Source: Longimicrobiales bacterium
GTDB lineage: Bacteria > Gemmatimonadota > Gemmatimonadetes > Longimicrobiales > Gaopeijiaceae
Direction of reading: 5' to 3'
Assembly: GCA_965238005.1 (NCBI GenBank)
Contig: OZ250165.1
Coordinates: 864,001 to 928,000, forward strand
Length of the DNA stretch: 64,000 nt
Shown here piece by piece: positions 21,301 to 29,824 of the stretch. How positions within the stretch are numbered: the first letter of the stretch is position 1; each line of letters starts with the position of its first letter. The notes beneath the pieces were generated by a model. It worked only from the letters and a program-made list of their open reading frames with translations. It ran no database searches and was not told the origin of the DNA. Position numbers and translations under genes: made by a program.

Positions 21301-23705
21301 CACCCGTCACCGGCTACGAGTATCGCTACGCGGCGGGAGACGCGGTGCCCGGGGAGACGGCCTGGCAGGAGCCGGACGGCGACCGGGCGGCGACGGTCAC
21401 GGAGCTGGAGAACGAGACGCGCTACGCCTTCGAGGTGCGGGCGCGAAACCGCGTGGGCGAAGGCGAAGCGGCGAAGACGACGGCCCTGCCGCTTCGGCTG
21501 CGGGCGGAGTTGTTCAGCGCGTCGTCGGCGGCGGAAGGCGAGGCGCTCGTGATCGGGGTGCGCCGGAGCGGGGGGCTCGCGGTTCCGGCCCACGCCTACA
21601 TCGGCGTGACGGACAGCGCGCTGCCCGGCGTGACCGCGACGGACGAGGGGCGCGACGACGGGCTCGGCCGCCACCGGCTGGAGTTCGCAGCTGGCGCGGC
21701 CGAGGCGACGGTCGCGGTCACTATCGCCTTCGACGGCGAGCTCCGACAGGACCGTGCCTTGACCGCGACGCTCGATTCCGCGGAAACGGAGGTCGACGGC
21801 GTAACGCGGGCCCATGAACTCGTCACCCCGACGCTGGTTGTTCCGGTGACGGAGGGGGACGCCGGGGTGTCGGTGGCCGATGCCCGAGTGCAGGGAGGGA
21901 GCGTGGTGCTGGCGTTCACGGTGAGCATGGACCGCACGCGGGACGCGGCTGTGCGGGTGGACTACGCCACGGAAGACGGTTCGGCCAGGGCCGGCGAGGA
22001 CTACACTCCGGTCACGGGGACACTGACGATCGCCCCCGGCGGGCGCGAGGGCACGGTGGAGGTGCCGGTGCTTCCGGCCCTGCACGTGACGGGCGAACGG
22101 ACGCTGACCCTGAAGCTGTCGAATGCCACCAACGCGGTGATCGACGACGCGTCGGCGACGGGCACGATCGTTCGCGAATCGGAGCTGCCCAAGGCTTGGC
22201 TGGCGCGGTTCGGGCGGACGGCCTCGGACCACGCGGCCCAGGCGATCGCGACGCGGCTCGAGGCCGGCCGGCGGGAGACACAGGTGACGGTGGCCGGCCG
22301 GCGTGTGGACGGGCTGTCGGTGGGCGGCCTGGTGTTGGGGGCGCTACCGTCGGGCGGATGGAGGCCGGCTTCGGCTGTTGAGGACATGGCGACCAGGCTG
22401 GCGGCGCCCGCTCTGGCGGCTTCAGGCGCATCGGGCGCGGGTCCGGGTGTACCGGGTGTGTCACCCGGCGCCTGGGGCGGGGCTCCGGGCACGTTGGACC
22501 GGGAGTCCTCCGTAGATGCCGGGCAGGCGTTGCGCCGGGCCGTGCTTCCCGACTTCGGGTCCCGCCTGCCGGGGGCGGAGGAAGCGCTCCTGGGCAGCTC
22601 ATTCTACGTCGAAGGCGGAGCACAAGCCGCCGAGGGCGGCGGCACGTGGGCCGCATGGGGCGACGTGGCTGCGACCCGTTTCGAGGGCGATGCGAACGGG
22701 CTTGCGCTCGACGGCGACGTGGTGACGGGCACGCTAGGCCTGGACCGGCAGTGGCGGGCACTCCTGGTCGGGATCGCGCTCTCGAGGAGCAGCGGGGAGG
22801 GCGCCTACGGTCCGGGCGCGGGGACGATCGCGAGCACGCTGACGAGCGTCCACCCGTACGCGCAAGTACGGCTCGCGGACCGCGCGCAGCTGTGGGGCGC
22901 GGCGGGCTGGGGCCGGGGCGGGCTCGAGATCACGCCGGAGAGGGGGACCGCGCTCGAGGCGGATCTCACGAACAGGATGGGGGCACTCGGCGGGCGGGCA
23001 GTGCTCGCGGGCGCCGGTGCGCTCGAGATCGCGCTCCGCTCCGACCTGCTCTGGACGGAGACGTCCTCCGACGAGACCACTGGGCTGGCGGAGGCCGTGG
23101 GCACGGCGAGCCGCGGGCGGCTGATGCTCGAGGGCGCGGGCCGGATCCGGGGGCTCGGTGGCGTCGTGCGGCCCAGGATCGAAGGCGGCGTCCGCTACGA
23201 CGGCGGGGACGCGGAGACCGGACGAGGGTTCGAGGTGGGCGGCGGGCTCGGCTGGGCCCGGGGATCGCTCATGCTCGAGGCGAGCGGGAGAGTGCTCGTC
23301 GCCCACGCCGACGAGTCCTACGAGGAGTGGGGCTACAGCGGCTCGCTCGTCTACGCGCCGGGCGCCGACGGCCTCGGTCTCCAGATGCGGGTCGGATCCA
23401 CAGCGGGGGCGGCGGCGATGGGCGTCCGTAGCCTGTGGGCTGCAGAGAACGCGAGCGGCCTGGTGCGCCCGGGCCACGGCGGGATGCCCCTCGCGCAACG
23501 GTTCGACGCCGAGGTCGGCTACGGGCTCGGGGGCGGAGCACTGTGGTACCCGTACTTCGTCGCCGACGACTCCGGGCTGACGAGGTTCGGCCTCGAGCTC
23601 ACCTCGGCAGACGTGCTCGGCGTCGGCCTCGAGTTCGGGCGAAGGGAGGGTGTGGACCTTGGGCCGGAGGACACCATGCTCCTCCGGGGGGAGCTCAGGT
23701 TCTAG
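18390..23705 (+). CDS. Large surface adhesin/autotransporter-like protein (cadherin-like, 4 Fn3, 2 Calx-beta, 2 SwmB-type repeats, C-terminal beta-barrel); exact start uncertain
   Basis: Signal-like LLVASLLAPAAVASARPASAQ; FTFKVSDG; GLTNGQxYxFEVRA; YATEDGSARAGEDY; LVLTYDETLD; terminal GELRF. Confidence 0.88.
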   Translation: MSEETCWSGQPRAEGGGITGLRRQIARQPGLLVGAGLVFARTASATWRGLLVASLLAPAAVASARPASAQAEIELLSATLTPAQQPPLTLTDGRIQTFIGCQQAVSERRCSTHMTDHDFTEEAVNYIVKTLVYVREESAENVAPAISIVFNPGLSTRLQTMTLQVGDSALAFPAARGSYDGNSFSDRTWDIGFEWTEGTPVSIRLTRPNVAPTAVDGGVGTYLNEAYTFEASDFGFSDVDEEHGQSLQNVRIVALPASGTVMLGGTAVTAGESVAKGDLDAGRLTYTQPGTDPEDASFTFKVSDGTAESDGPYTMDIEVRSPAPGPPENLTAAAGDGAATLGWEAPANSGASAIVRYEVRHAAANSVPMNTAWQSVGLTLSHSITGLTNGQVYTFEVRAVNGSNPAEGPAAEVRATPAPVVSITPGFLSVAEDAGEAVLTVSLHRPAESALSVSWHTQDERADAPNDYTARQDAVTFAAGEDRKTVSVPIVDDAVREDPVHDVHETFFVILEAGQGYSRSDSSYALVEIVDNDGDAAPDVTPPRLLQRTVNGTTLVLTYDETLDDASVPAPGDFVVAAAGNTINVTQVSVDGSRVTLTLAVPVQPSQAVSIDYTPGATPIQDASGNDAGPISGMDVRPPQLTRATVNASRLVLTYDETLDGASIPAPGDFVVTAAGSTVGVNGVSVGGSAVTLTLATAVQANQAVTLDYTPGASPTQDVAGNDAAALSGQAVTNNTPGSGEGSGGGTGDPSVPGAPASLTATAGDEEVALVWSAPADDGGAPVTGYEYRYTVGDAVPGDTPWQSAGLNLEWTVTGLTNGQQYAFEVRALSRVGEGAARGALATPVGRLGVPASLTATAGDEEVELAWSAPADDGGAPVTGYEYRYAAGAAVPEDTPWQSAGLNFEWTVTGLTNGQRYAFEVRARNRVGEGEARGALATPVGRPGVLASLTATAGDGEVALVWSAPADDGGAPVTGYEYRYAAGDAVPGETAWQEPDGDRAATVTELENETRYAFEVRARNRVGEGEAAKTTALPLRLRAELFSASSAAEGEALVIGVRRSGGLAVPAHAYIGVTDSALPGVTATDEGRDDGLGRHRLEFAAGAAEATVAVTIAFDGELRQDRALTATLDSAETEVDGVTRAHELVTPTLVVPVTEGDAGVSVADARVQGGSVVLAFTVSMDRTRDAAVRVDYATEDGSARAGEDYTPVTGTLTIAPGGREGTVEVPVLPALHVTGERTLTLKLSNATNAVIDDASATGTIVRESELPKAWLARFGRTASDHAAQAIATRLEAGRRETQVTVAGRRVDGLSVGGLVLGALPSGGWRPASAVEDMATRLAAPALAASGASGAGPGVPGVSPGAWGGAPGTLDRESSVDAGQALRRAVLPDFGSRLPGAEEALLGSSFYVEGGAQAAEGGGTWAAWGDVAATRFEGDANGLALDGDVVTGTLGLDRQWRALLVGIALSRSSGEGAYGPGAGTIASTLTSVHPYAQVRLADRAQLWGAAGWGRGGLEITPERGTALEADLTNRMGALGGRAVLAGAGALEIALRSDLLWTETSSDETTGLAEAVGTASRGRLMLEGAGRIRGLGGVVRPRIEGGVRYDGGDAETGRGFEVGGGLGWARGSLMLEASGRVLVAHADESYEEWGYSGSLVYAPGADGLGLQMRVGSTAGAAAMGVRSLWAAENASGLVRPGHGGMPLAQRFDAEVGYGLGGGALWYPYFVADDSGLTRFGLELTSADVLGVGLEFGRREGVDLGPEDTMLLRGELRF
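20640..21490 (+). repeat. Three tandem ~285-bp Fn3-coding repeats
   Basis: Near-identical units ASLTATAGD..WSAPADDGGAPVTGYEYRY with 285-nt period. Confidence 0.85.
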
Positions 23706-24238
23706 CGGCTGGGGCTCGGGGAGGTGGATACGCTGCGGGCCCGGGCGGCCGCGCCCGCGGCCTGCCGAAGTCCGGCTGGCGACATTCTCCGCTCGTGCGG
23801 TCAGACACTCTCGGTTCCTCCGTGGCGTCCGCTCCGGTCCCGGTCCCCCCGAGTTGGACGCCCCTGCCCGCATCGATGCGATGCACGGCGCTCTAGCCCC
23901 GGGCCGCGCTTGGTCGGGCAGTTCGCGACTCGCCTAGCAAACACACTCGCAGATCGCGTATCGACCGTTGCCGCCGCGGAGACGTTGGCCGGGCACGTCC
24001 GATCGCGACCGGCTGCGTCCCTCGACCGCACGGGCATGAGAACATCCACGCTCGGTCGGCAAGCGGTGGGCGATCCGATCCCGGTGCGTCAGCTACGCCG
24101 TGGCCGCTCTCCAAGGCTGGCGATGGCCTGCCAGGTCCCCGTGTTCATCGAAGCCTGCCGCCGGGCCCAAGTGGCCCCTGTTCCCTCCCGGGGCAACGCG
24201 CCCCGCAATTCTTCACCGAACAGAACGGAGGCAGACCG

Positions 24239-24466
24239 ATGACGAGAGCAATGGAACAGGGCATGGACGCGCCCGCGCGCGTCCTGAGGTTACCTCGAGT
24301 GCAGGCCCGCACGGGGCTGGCGCGGAGCACGATCTACGTGCGGGTGGCCGACGGGAGCTTTCCCCAACCGATCCGGCTAGGCGCGCGCGCCGTCGGCTGG
24401 ATCGAGTCCGAAGTGGATGCGTGGATCCGAGAACAGATCGCCGCGAGCCGCAGCAGTGCCGAGTGA
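24239..24466 (+). CDS. alpA: AlpA-family regulator/excisionase
   Basis: VLRLPRVQARTGLARSTIY..GSFPQPIRLGARAVGWIESEVDAWI. Confidence 0.93.
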   Translation: MTRAMEQGMDAPARVLRLPRVQARTGLARSTIYVRVADGSFPQPIRLGARAVGWIESEVDAWIREQIAASRSSAE

Positions 24467-24552
24467 TCTGAGACGGAAATCATCTGACAGTTCGCCATGA
24501 GAGAGGACAGGGGCCATCGACAAACTGCCCTCCCGCAAGGTTCGCTCCTTCG

Positions 24553-24700
24553 CCGAAACGCCATTTTCATGTGCGCGCCAGCGCTCCCTTATGTGGCTGC
24601 CTGTCTTGCAGTTGCGGCACGGCCGCCGGAGCGGCGACGCCGCTCCTGAGCTTTCGGCCGTAGAAGGGAGCGACCCCCCCTTTGGGGATGCCTCGATCGG
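24553..24700 (+). repeat. 148-bp structured non-coding repeat, copy 2
   Basis: Near-identical to 6448-6595. Confidence 0.9.
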
Positions 24701-24722
24701 GGAAGCGGCTGGCGCTGGGCGT

Positions 24723-25010
24723 CTACGTCTTTTTCGCTGGCTCGACGATGATTCGCCCGCGCCCGCGTTTGACCACATAGCCGCCAGAACGAATCGCAAG
24801 CTTGCCTTGCTCAACAAGGGACCAAAGACTTTCGGCGATCAACTCGGCGTTCCGGTCGCTCGCCCTTGCGGTTGCCGGCCGGGAGAGCCACTCGGCGAAC
24901 GCCCGCTCGCCGATATCTTCGCCGACGGACTTGCGAAGTGCGTTCAGCTTGCGGAGGTGGCCCTTCGTTAGAGCACTCTCATCAATGTCCCTCGAGGATG
25001 TCTGCGGCAT
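24723..25010 (-). CDS. Hypothetical protein
   Basis: Purine-rich RBS plus ATG; protein-like composition. Confidence 0.6.
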   Translation of the reverse strand: MPQTSSRDIDESALTKGHLRKLNALRKSVGEDIGERAFAEWLSRPATARASDRNAELIAESLWSLVEQGKLAIRSGGYVVKRGRGRIIVEPAKKT

Positions 25011-25127
25011 AGCTCTCCCTTCCGTGATACTTATGTGCTGAGACCGTGGTGTGATTATAGCAGATTAGGGCCTTCGTCAACCTCCTCCCGCCGATGAGGT
25101 CTCCACGGCGGCTCTCCTTGAGGGGAG

Positions 25128-25310
25128 CTATTGATCTTCGATCCCTGTAAGCAGGTCCGCTTGGATGCGGCGACTCTTCCTGACCACCTGGCAGACCTGA
25201 CGAGCGGCCGCGGGGGTCTCGGCATAGTAGTTTGCGTGGGCGAGGTGATCGCGCAGATCACGGATCTCATTGAAGCCGCGCTTTACTGTGGTGGACGACA
25301 CCGAGCGCAA
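25128..25310 (-). pseudogene. Fragment with HEPN/Swt1-like RxxxxH motif
   Basis: FNEIRDLRDHLAHANYYA; no plausible N-terminus. Confidence 0.4.
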
Positions 25311-25396
25311 GTGCTTGATCTTCGGCTCCAGCGGGTGGGTACGTAGTCGTCAAAGATGGCAATCGGGTGGCCGACGTGTCCGCCAAGGTCCGCTAG

Positions 25397-26997
25397 GAGT
25401 CTGCGCCGCAGAACCCTGCGGCGGCTATCTTTGGTGGTAGCGAAGGCATTGGGAAGGCTTGCGGATCACCGAGGGGGGTGAATGGGAACGACATTTCGAC
25501 CGTACGATCCGGAGCAGATGTTGTTGCTGCCTCCGGATCTTCGGGAGTGGGTGTCGGAGGGTCATTTGGCGCACCATGTGAGCGACCTGGTGGACGCGGT
25601 GGAGCTGAGCGCGTTCTACGGGCGGTACCGGGGGGACGGGCGGCGCAACTCGCCGTACGACCCTCGGATGATGGTCAAGGTGCTGATCTACGCGTATGCG
25701 ACGGGCACCTTCTCGTCGCGGAAGATGGCGAGGAAGCTGGAGGAGGATGTCGCGTTTCGGATGCTGGCGGCGGAGAACTTCCCGAAGCACCGGACGCTGT
25801 GCGAGTTCCGCAAGCGCCATCTCGGGGATTTCCGGGCGGTGTTTGTGGAGGTGGTGATGCTCGCGCGGGCCTTGGGGCTGGCGGGGCTTGGCAGGGTGTC
25901 GGTGGACGGGACGAAGGTTCGGGCGAACGCGAACAAGCGCAAGGCGATGAGCTACGGCCGGATGGTGACCGGGGAGCCTCGGCTGGAGGCGGAGATCCGG
26001 GGGCTGTTGGAGAGGGCCGAGGCGGTGGACGAAGCGGAAGACGAGCGCTACGGCGAGGAAGCATGCGGAGACGAGGTGCCGGAGGAGCTCAAGCGGCGCG
26101 AGGACCGGCTGGCGGCGATCCGGGAGGCGAAGGCGCGCCTGGAAGCCGAGCAGAGAGCGGCGGACGACGCACGGGGCCGCAAGCCGGGGCAGACGCGCAA
26201 CCCGAAGGGCGGCAGGCCCTACAAGCGGGAGTACGGAGAGCCGGACGAGGCGGCGCAGAGCAACTTCACGGACCCTGAGAGCCGGATCATGAAGACGAGT
26301 TCGGAGGGGTTCCAGCAGTGCTACAACGCACAGACGGTCGTGGAGGGGGAGAACCAGCTGGTGGTCGGGGCCGAGGTGACGGACAACGCGAGCGACCAGG
26401 GCCAGCTGGTGCCCATGGTCGACGCGGTGGCGCAAGCGTACGGCGAGACGCCGGCGCAGGTGCTGGCGGACACGGGCTATTGCAACGAGCGGGATCTCGA
26501 GGAACTGGAAGAGCGAGACATCGACGGGTATGTGGCGCTGGCCCGGGAGGGCAAGGCCGCCCCCACGGTTGACAAGGAGGAATATCCGGCGAAAGTCCGC
26601 ATGGCGGAGAAGCTGGCGAGCGAAGATGGCCGCAGACGCTACGCACGGCGAAAGTCGCAGGCCGAGGCGCCCATCGGCTGGATCAAGGAAGTGATGGGCT
26701 TTCGACGATTCAGCTTCCGGGGCCTCGAGAAGGTCCGGGCCGAGTGGACCCTCGTGTGCCTGGCACTCAATGTGAAGCGGCTGCACACCCTTCAGGCGGC
26801 ATGACTGCACGAGGGTTCACCCGCATCTGCCGGCGCGAGGGCTCTCGTAGCTCTCTTGCCCCCCCAACGCATCCATTCCGCTCTCCCGATCCGTCGCAGA
26901 CACAAGTCCTCAACCTCCCAATCACCCGGATCCGCCTCGCCGCGGACGGCTCGATGACCATTCGGCTCAGTCAGCTGTGCTTCTGCGGCGCAGACTC
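25397..26997 (+). mobile_element. IS1182-family insertion sequence, CTAG target duplication
   Basis: IR GAGTCTGCGCCGCAGAA / TTCTGCGGCGCAGACTC; CTAG at 25393-25396 and 26998-27001. Confidence 0.92.
25482..26804 (+). CDS. IS1182-family transposase
   Basis: PYDPRMMVKVLIYAY..SSR, VDGTKVRANA, TDPESRIM, YNAQ, LADTGY, GFRRFSFRGLEKV. Confidence 0.93.
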   Translation: MGTTFRPYDPEQMLLLPPDLREWVSEGHLAHHVSDLVDAVELSAFYGRYRGDGRRNSPYDPRMMVKVLIYAYATGTFSSRKMARKLEEDVAFRMLAAENFPKHRTLCEFRKRHLGDFRAVFVEVVMLARALGLAGLGRVSVDGTKVRANANKRKAMSYGRMVTGEPRLEAEIRGLLERAEAVDEAEDERYGEEACGDEVPEELKRREDRLAAIREAKARLEAEQRAADDARGRKPGQTRNPKGGRPYKREYGEPDEAAQSNFTDPESRIMKTSSEGFQQCYNAQTVVEGENQLVVGAEVTDNASDQGQLVPMVDAVAQAYGETPAQVLADTGYCNERDLEELEERDIDGYVALAREGKAAPTVDKEEYPAKVRMAEKLASEDGRRRYARRKSQAEAPIGWIKEVMGFRRFSFRGLEKVRAEWTLVCLALNVKRLHTLQAA

Positions 26998-27135
26998 CTA
27001 GGGTCGTTTGGAATCCAGTTCCTAAAATGGGTATGAAAAGGGGACAACCAAAGAGATAGCATATATATATCGTGGTACTACAGTAACTTATCAGATTCAT
27101 CATGATTCTTGCCGTGATTCACGCCACCGGCATTT

Positions 27136-27177
27136 CGCTTATCAGGCGTGCGCTCTAACCACCTGAGCTACAGGCCC
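27136..27177 (-). pseudogene. 5' half of tRNA-Ile(GAT), probable att remnant
   Basis: GGGCCTGTAGCTCAGGTGGTTAGAGCGCACGCCTGATAAGCG; stops 3 nt after the anticodon loop, no T-arm. Confidence 0.88.
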
Positions 27178-27291
27178 CAAGAACCGAAAAAGCTAGCAAT
27201 TCCGGTGCCTTTCCTCAACCGCTTCATTCCTCTCGAATCCCTCTTGGTGTCAATTCCGGTGTCAACAAACTGTTGAAGCCTCACTTCTGAA

Positions 27292-27450
27292 CTATCCATG
27301 CATCCCGGATGTCGTCTGCCGAACATCATCGTAGATGTCTCGGAGCGTGGTCCACCGTGTGCCGGCCATGCCCTCCTGGATCTTTGGAGGGAGATTCCTA
27401 AACCACGGGTCCCGCACACCGCTACGCTTTTCCGAGTGAAAACCGACACT
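27292..27450 (-). pseudogene. Possible C-terminal fragment of a tyrosine integrase
   Basis: GFHSEKR..LPPKIQEGMAGT..TLRDIY ending ~115 bp from the tRNA fragment; AATTCCGGTG and GGTGTCAA repeats lie in between. Confidence 0.4.
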
Positions 27451-27633
27451 GGCGGATCGTGTTGTTTCGCCGTCGCGTCTCCCGTTGAAGCTCGAGAGCG
27501 GCCACAAATTGGAGCTGTCCCGTTTCAGTGGACGGGTGAACACTGAGGTTTATAGTCTGTCCCCCTCGCTGGGGAGAGGAAAGCTTCCCCCGCGCAGCGG
27601 GGGAGTAAAGGGCAACTTGGCCACGCAGGTTTC

Positions 27634-28485
27634 TCATGCTGCCGCTCCGTGGCGACGCTCGAAGTTGATGGGCGACAGCTGACCCAGTGCCGAGTGTCGC
27701 CTCCGGGGGTTGTAGAAGCCCTCGATGAAGTCGAACACGGCCATCTTCGCCTCGGCCTGGGTCCGGAAGCGCTGCCGGTCGAGTAGCTCGCACTCGAGCG
27801 TCGCGAAGAAGCTCTCGCACATCGCGTTGTCGTAGGCGTCGCCCACGGAGCCCATCGAGGGCCGCACACCGACATCGTTGCAGCGTAGGCCGAAGGCGAT
27901 CGAGGTGTACTGGGTTCCCTGATCACTGTGATGGATGACGCATTCGGGCCGGCGCTGCCAGGTCGCCATGTTCAGCGCGTCCAGGACGAGCTCGGTGCGC
28001 AGGTGCGTAGCCATCGACCACCCGACCACCCGCCTGCTCCAGACGTCGAGCACAACCGCGAGGTACAAGAACCCCGCCCAGGTCGGGATGTAGGTGATGT
28101 CGGCCACCCACAACTGGTCTGGCCCGTCTGCGCTGAAGTCCCGCTCGATGAGATCCGGCGCGGGACGGGCGTCCTCGTTGCGCCTGGTCGTCTTCGGGCC
28201 GCGCCGCCTCCGGCTAGCTCCCACAATCTCGGCCTGCTTCATGAGCCGGCCCACCCGCTTCTCACCGACCCGCTCGCCAGCTTCCTTGAGGTCCGCGTAG
28301 ATGCGGGGCCGGCCATAGACCCTTCGGTTCTCGCGCCAGACCGTCTCGATCCGCTCTGTGAGCTCCTCATCTCGCTTCGCCCGAGCCGAAGGCTCGCGAT
28401 CCAACCAGGCGTAGTAGCCGCTGGGGGAGAGATCCAGCACACGGCACATCGCCCGCACAGGGAAGTCGGCCTGATTCGTCTTCAT
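27634..28485 (-). CDS. IS3 transposase OrfB
   Basis: WVADITY, HHSDQGTQY, DNAMCESFFATLECE. Confidence 0.95.
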   Translation of the reverse strand: MKTNQADFPVRAMCRVLDLSPSGYYAWLDREPSARAKRDEELTERIETVWRENRRVYGRPRIYADLKEAGERVGEKRVGRLMKQAEIVGASRRRRGPKTTRRNEDARPAPDLIERDFSADGPDQLWVADITYIPTWAGFLYLAVVLDVWSRRVVGWSMATHLRTELVLDALNMATWQRRPECVIHHSDQGTQYTSIAFGLRCNDVGVRPSMGSVGDAYDNAMCESFFATLECELLDRQRFRTQAEAKMAVFDFIEGFYNPRRRHSALGQLSPINFERRHGAAA

Positions 28486-28796
28486 GAACTCGAACCCCGT
28501 TCCGGGATCGAGTTGCTCTCCCGAGCAAACCAGGCGGCGGCTTTTTTTAGAATCTCCTGCTCCATGCGCAGACGCTTGTTGTCACGCCGAAGCTGCCTGA
28601 GTTCCCCACGCTCCTCCGTCGTCAGCCCGTCACTGCGACGGCCTTCATCCAAGTCAGCTTGTTTGACCCAGTTCCGTATCGCCCCGTTTGAGGGCTCGAA
28701 CTCCCGGGCCAGCTCCTCCACGGAGCGGCCCGACCTGACCAACTCGACCATCTGCCGCCGAAACTCCGGCGGGTACGGCGCATGTGTTCTTGGCAT
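28482..28796 (-). CDS. IS3 transposase OrfA
   Basis: YPPEFRRQMVELV..IRNWVKQ..EILKKAAAWFA. Confidence 0.93.
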   Translation of the reverse strand: MPRTHAPYPPEFRRQMVELVRSGRSVEELAREFEPSNGAIRNWVKQADLDEGRRSDGLTTEERGELRQLRRDNKRLRMEQEILKKAAAWFARESNSIPERGSSS

Positions 28797-29033
28797 CGTG
28801 GACTCCTCCTGTCTCCCTCACTACTGAGGTGTCCACCAAAGCGGGTCAACTCCAAATTGCCGGCTCAGCGAGTGGCGGATCAGGAGCCTCTGAACGTCGT
28901 CTGGCATCGCAGGACGACGCTGATCGTCGCCGACGAGCAGGTCTCGGCCCTCGATGCTCGACGATCGGTATTAGGGCCCGTACGTATACTCACGATCTAA
29001 AGATACGTAACCTCTACAGGGGTCGGCTCTCGA

Positions 29034-29285
29034 TCAGGTGGGTAACGGGTTCTTGGACAGGAGCGGCTTGCCGTCGACCGTGAAGTCGGCCGCGAAGTTG
29101 AAGACAGAGTTGAGCCGGCGAAACTCCGCGTCGAGGCCGCCGTACCGCACCGGCTTCGGCTGTCGGTATCCGCGCCTCCACCTCCCCTCGGCGTCCGGTC
29201 GGAGCCCCGGCGCCACCACCTCGAGCGAGCGACGCTTCCTGCAGCAGGCTTTCACGCGCACCGCATCCACGTCGGCGACGTCCAG
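29034..29285 (-). pseudogene. Possible integrase core-binding-domain fragment
   Basis: LDAEFRRLNSVFNFAA..LLSKNPL resembles the SAM-like domain ending in NP. Confidence 0.45.
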
Positions 29286-29289
29286 GTCC

Positions 29290-29480
29290 GGAGCCCACGA
29301 CCCCAAATCCCGCGAAGCCACATCAGCTTGATCCGCCGAATCTCGTCCGATCATCCCGAGTGGGGCGAGGACCGGATCGACCTGGAGCTCAAGGCGAAAC
29401 TGGGGGTGGAGCACGCTCCCAGCACCATCCGCCGGTACATGGTCACCCGGAAGGGAGACGGTGCACCCGTCTCCACCACC
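29290..29480 (+). pseudogene. Transposase (integrase-core type) fragment
   Basis: LIRRISSDHPEWGEDRIDLELKAKLGVEHAPSTIRRYM. Confidence 0.6.
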
Positions 29481-29560
29481 TGGATTCTTGCTCTCTGGCG
29501 CCGCCTCCCAATCGAGTTTATCGTTTCTGCCCTCGAATCACCCGCTGAAGGAGAGCCTCC

Positions 29561-29824
29561 ATGGCAACGATCTTCCTACGCCACTCGGTCGCCGACTACG
29601 ACGCCTGGCGCCCCTTGTACGACGACGACGTGGCCCGCCGCGATACCGCCGGGCTGACGGAGGTCGGCGTCTTCCGGGACGCATCCGACCCCAACTCGGT
29701 GCTCCTCGTCTGGGACACAGACGACGTCAGCGGGTTCGAAGCAATGCTCGCCGACGAAGGGCTCAAGGCGGTGATGGACGAGGCCGGCGTAACGGGTCCC
29801 CCGGAGGTGTGGATCGCAGGTTAG
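29561..29824 (+). CDS. Small cyclase/ABM-like dimeric alpha-beta barrel protein
   Basis: RHSVADYDAWRPLYD..FRDASDPNSV..MDEAGVTGPPEV; RBS AAGGAG. Confidence 0.75.
   Translation: MATIFLRHSVADYDAWRPLYDDDVARRDTAGLTEVGVFRDASDPNSVLLVWDTDDVSGFEAMLADEGLKAVMDEAGVTGPPEVWIAG

Larger units (their letters stand above)
27510..28854 (-). mobile_element. IS3-family element copy 1 (1345 bp), TSD AAT
   Basis: Ends TGGAGCTGTCCCG / CGGGTCAACTCCA; AAT on both flanks; A-AAA-AAG slippery site at 28541-28548. Confidence 0.95.

Noticed and set aside
18780..22232. Long antisense ORFs (784 aa, 335 aa) and similar shadow ORFs elsewhere
   Set aside because: These are mirror-frame artefacts of high-GC coding sequence with no recognisable domains.
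27060..27177. Intact or intron-containing tRNA-Ile
   Set aside because: No T-arm (GGTTC) or acceptor 3' strand follows. A second CTGATAAG nearby does not rebuild a cloverleaf.
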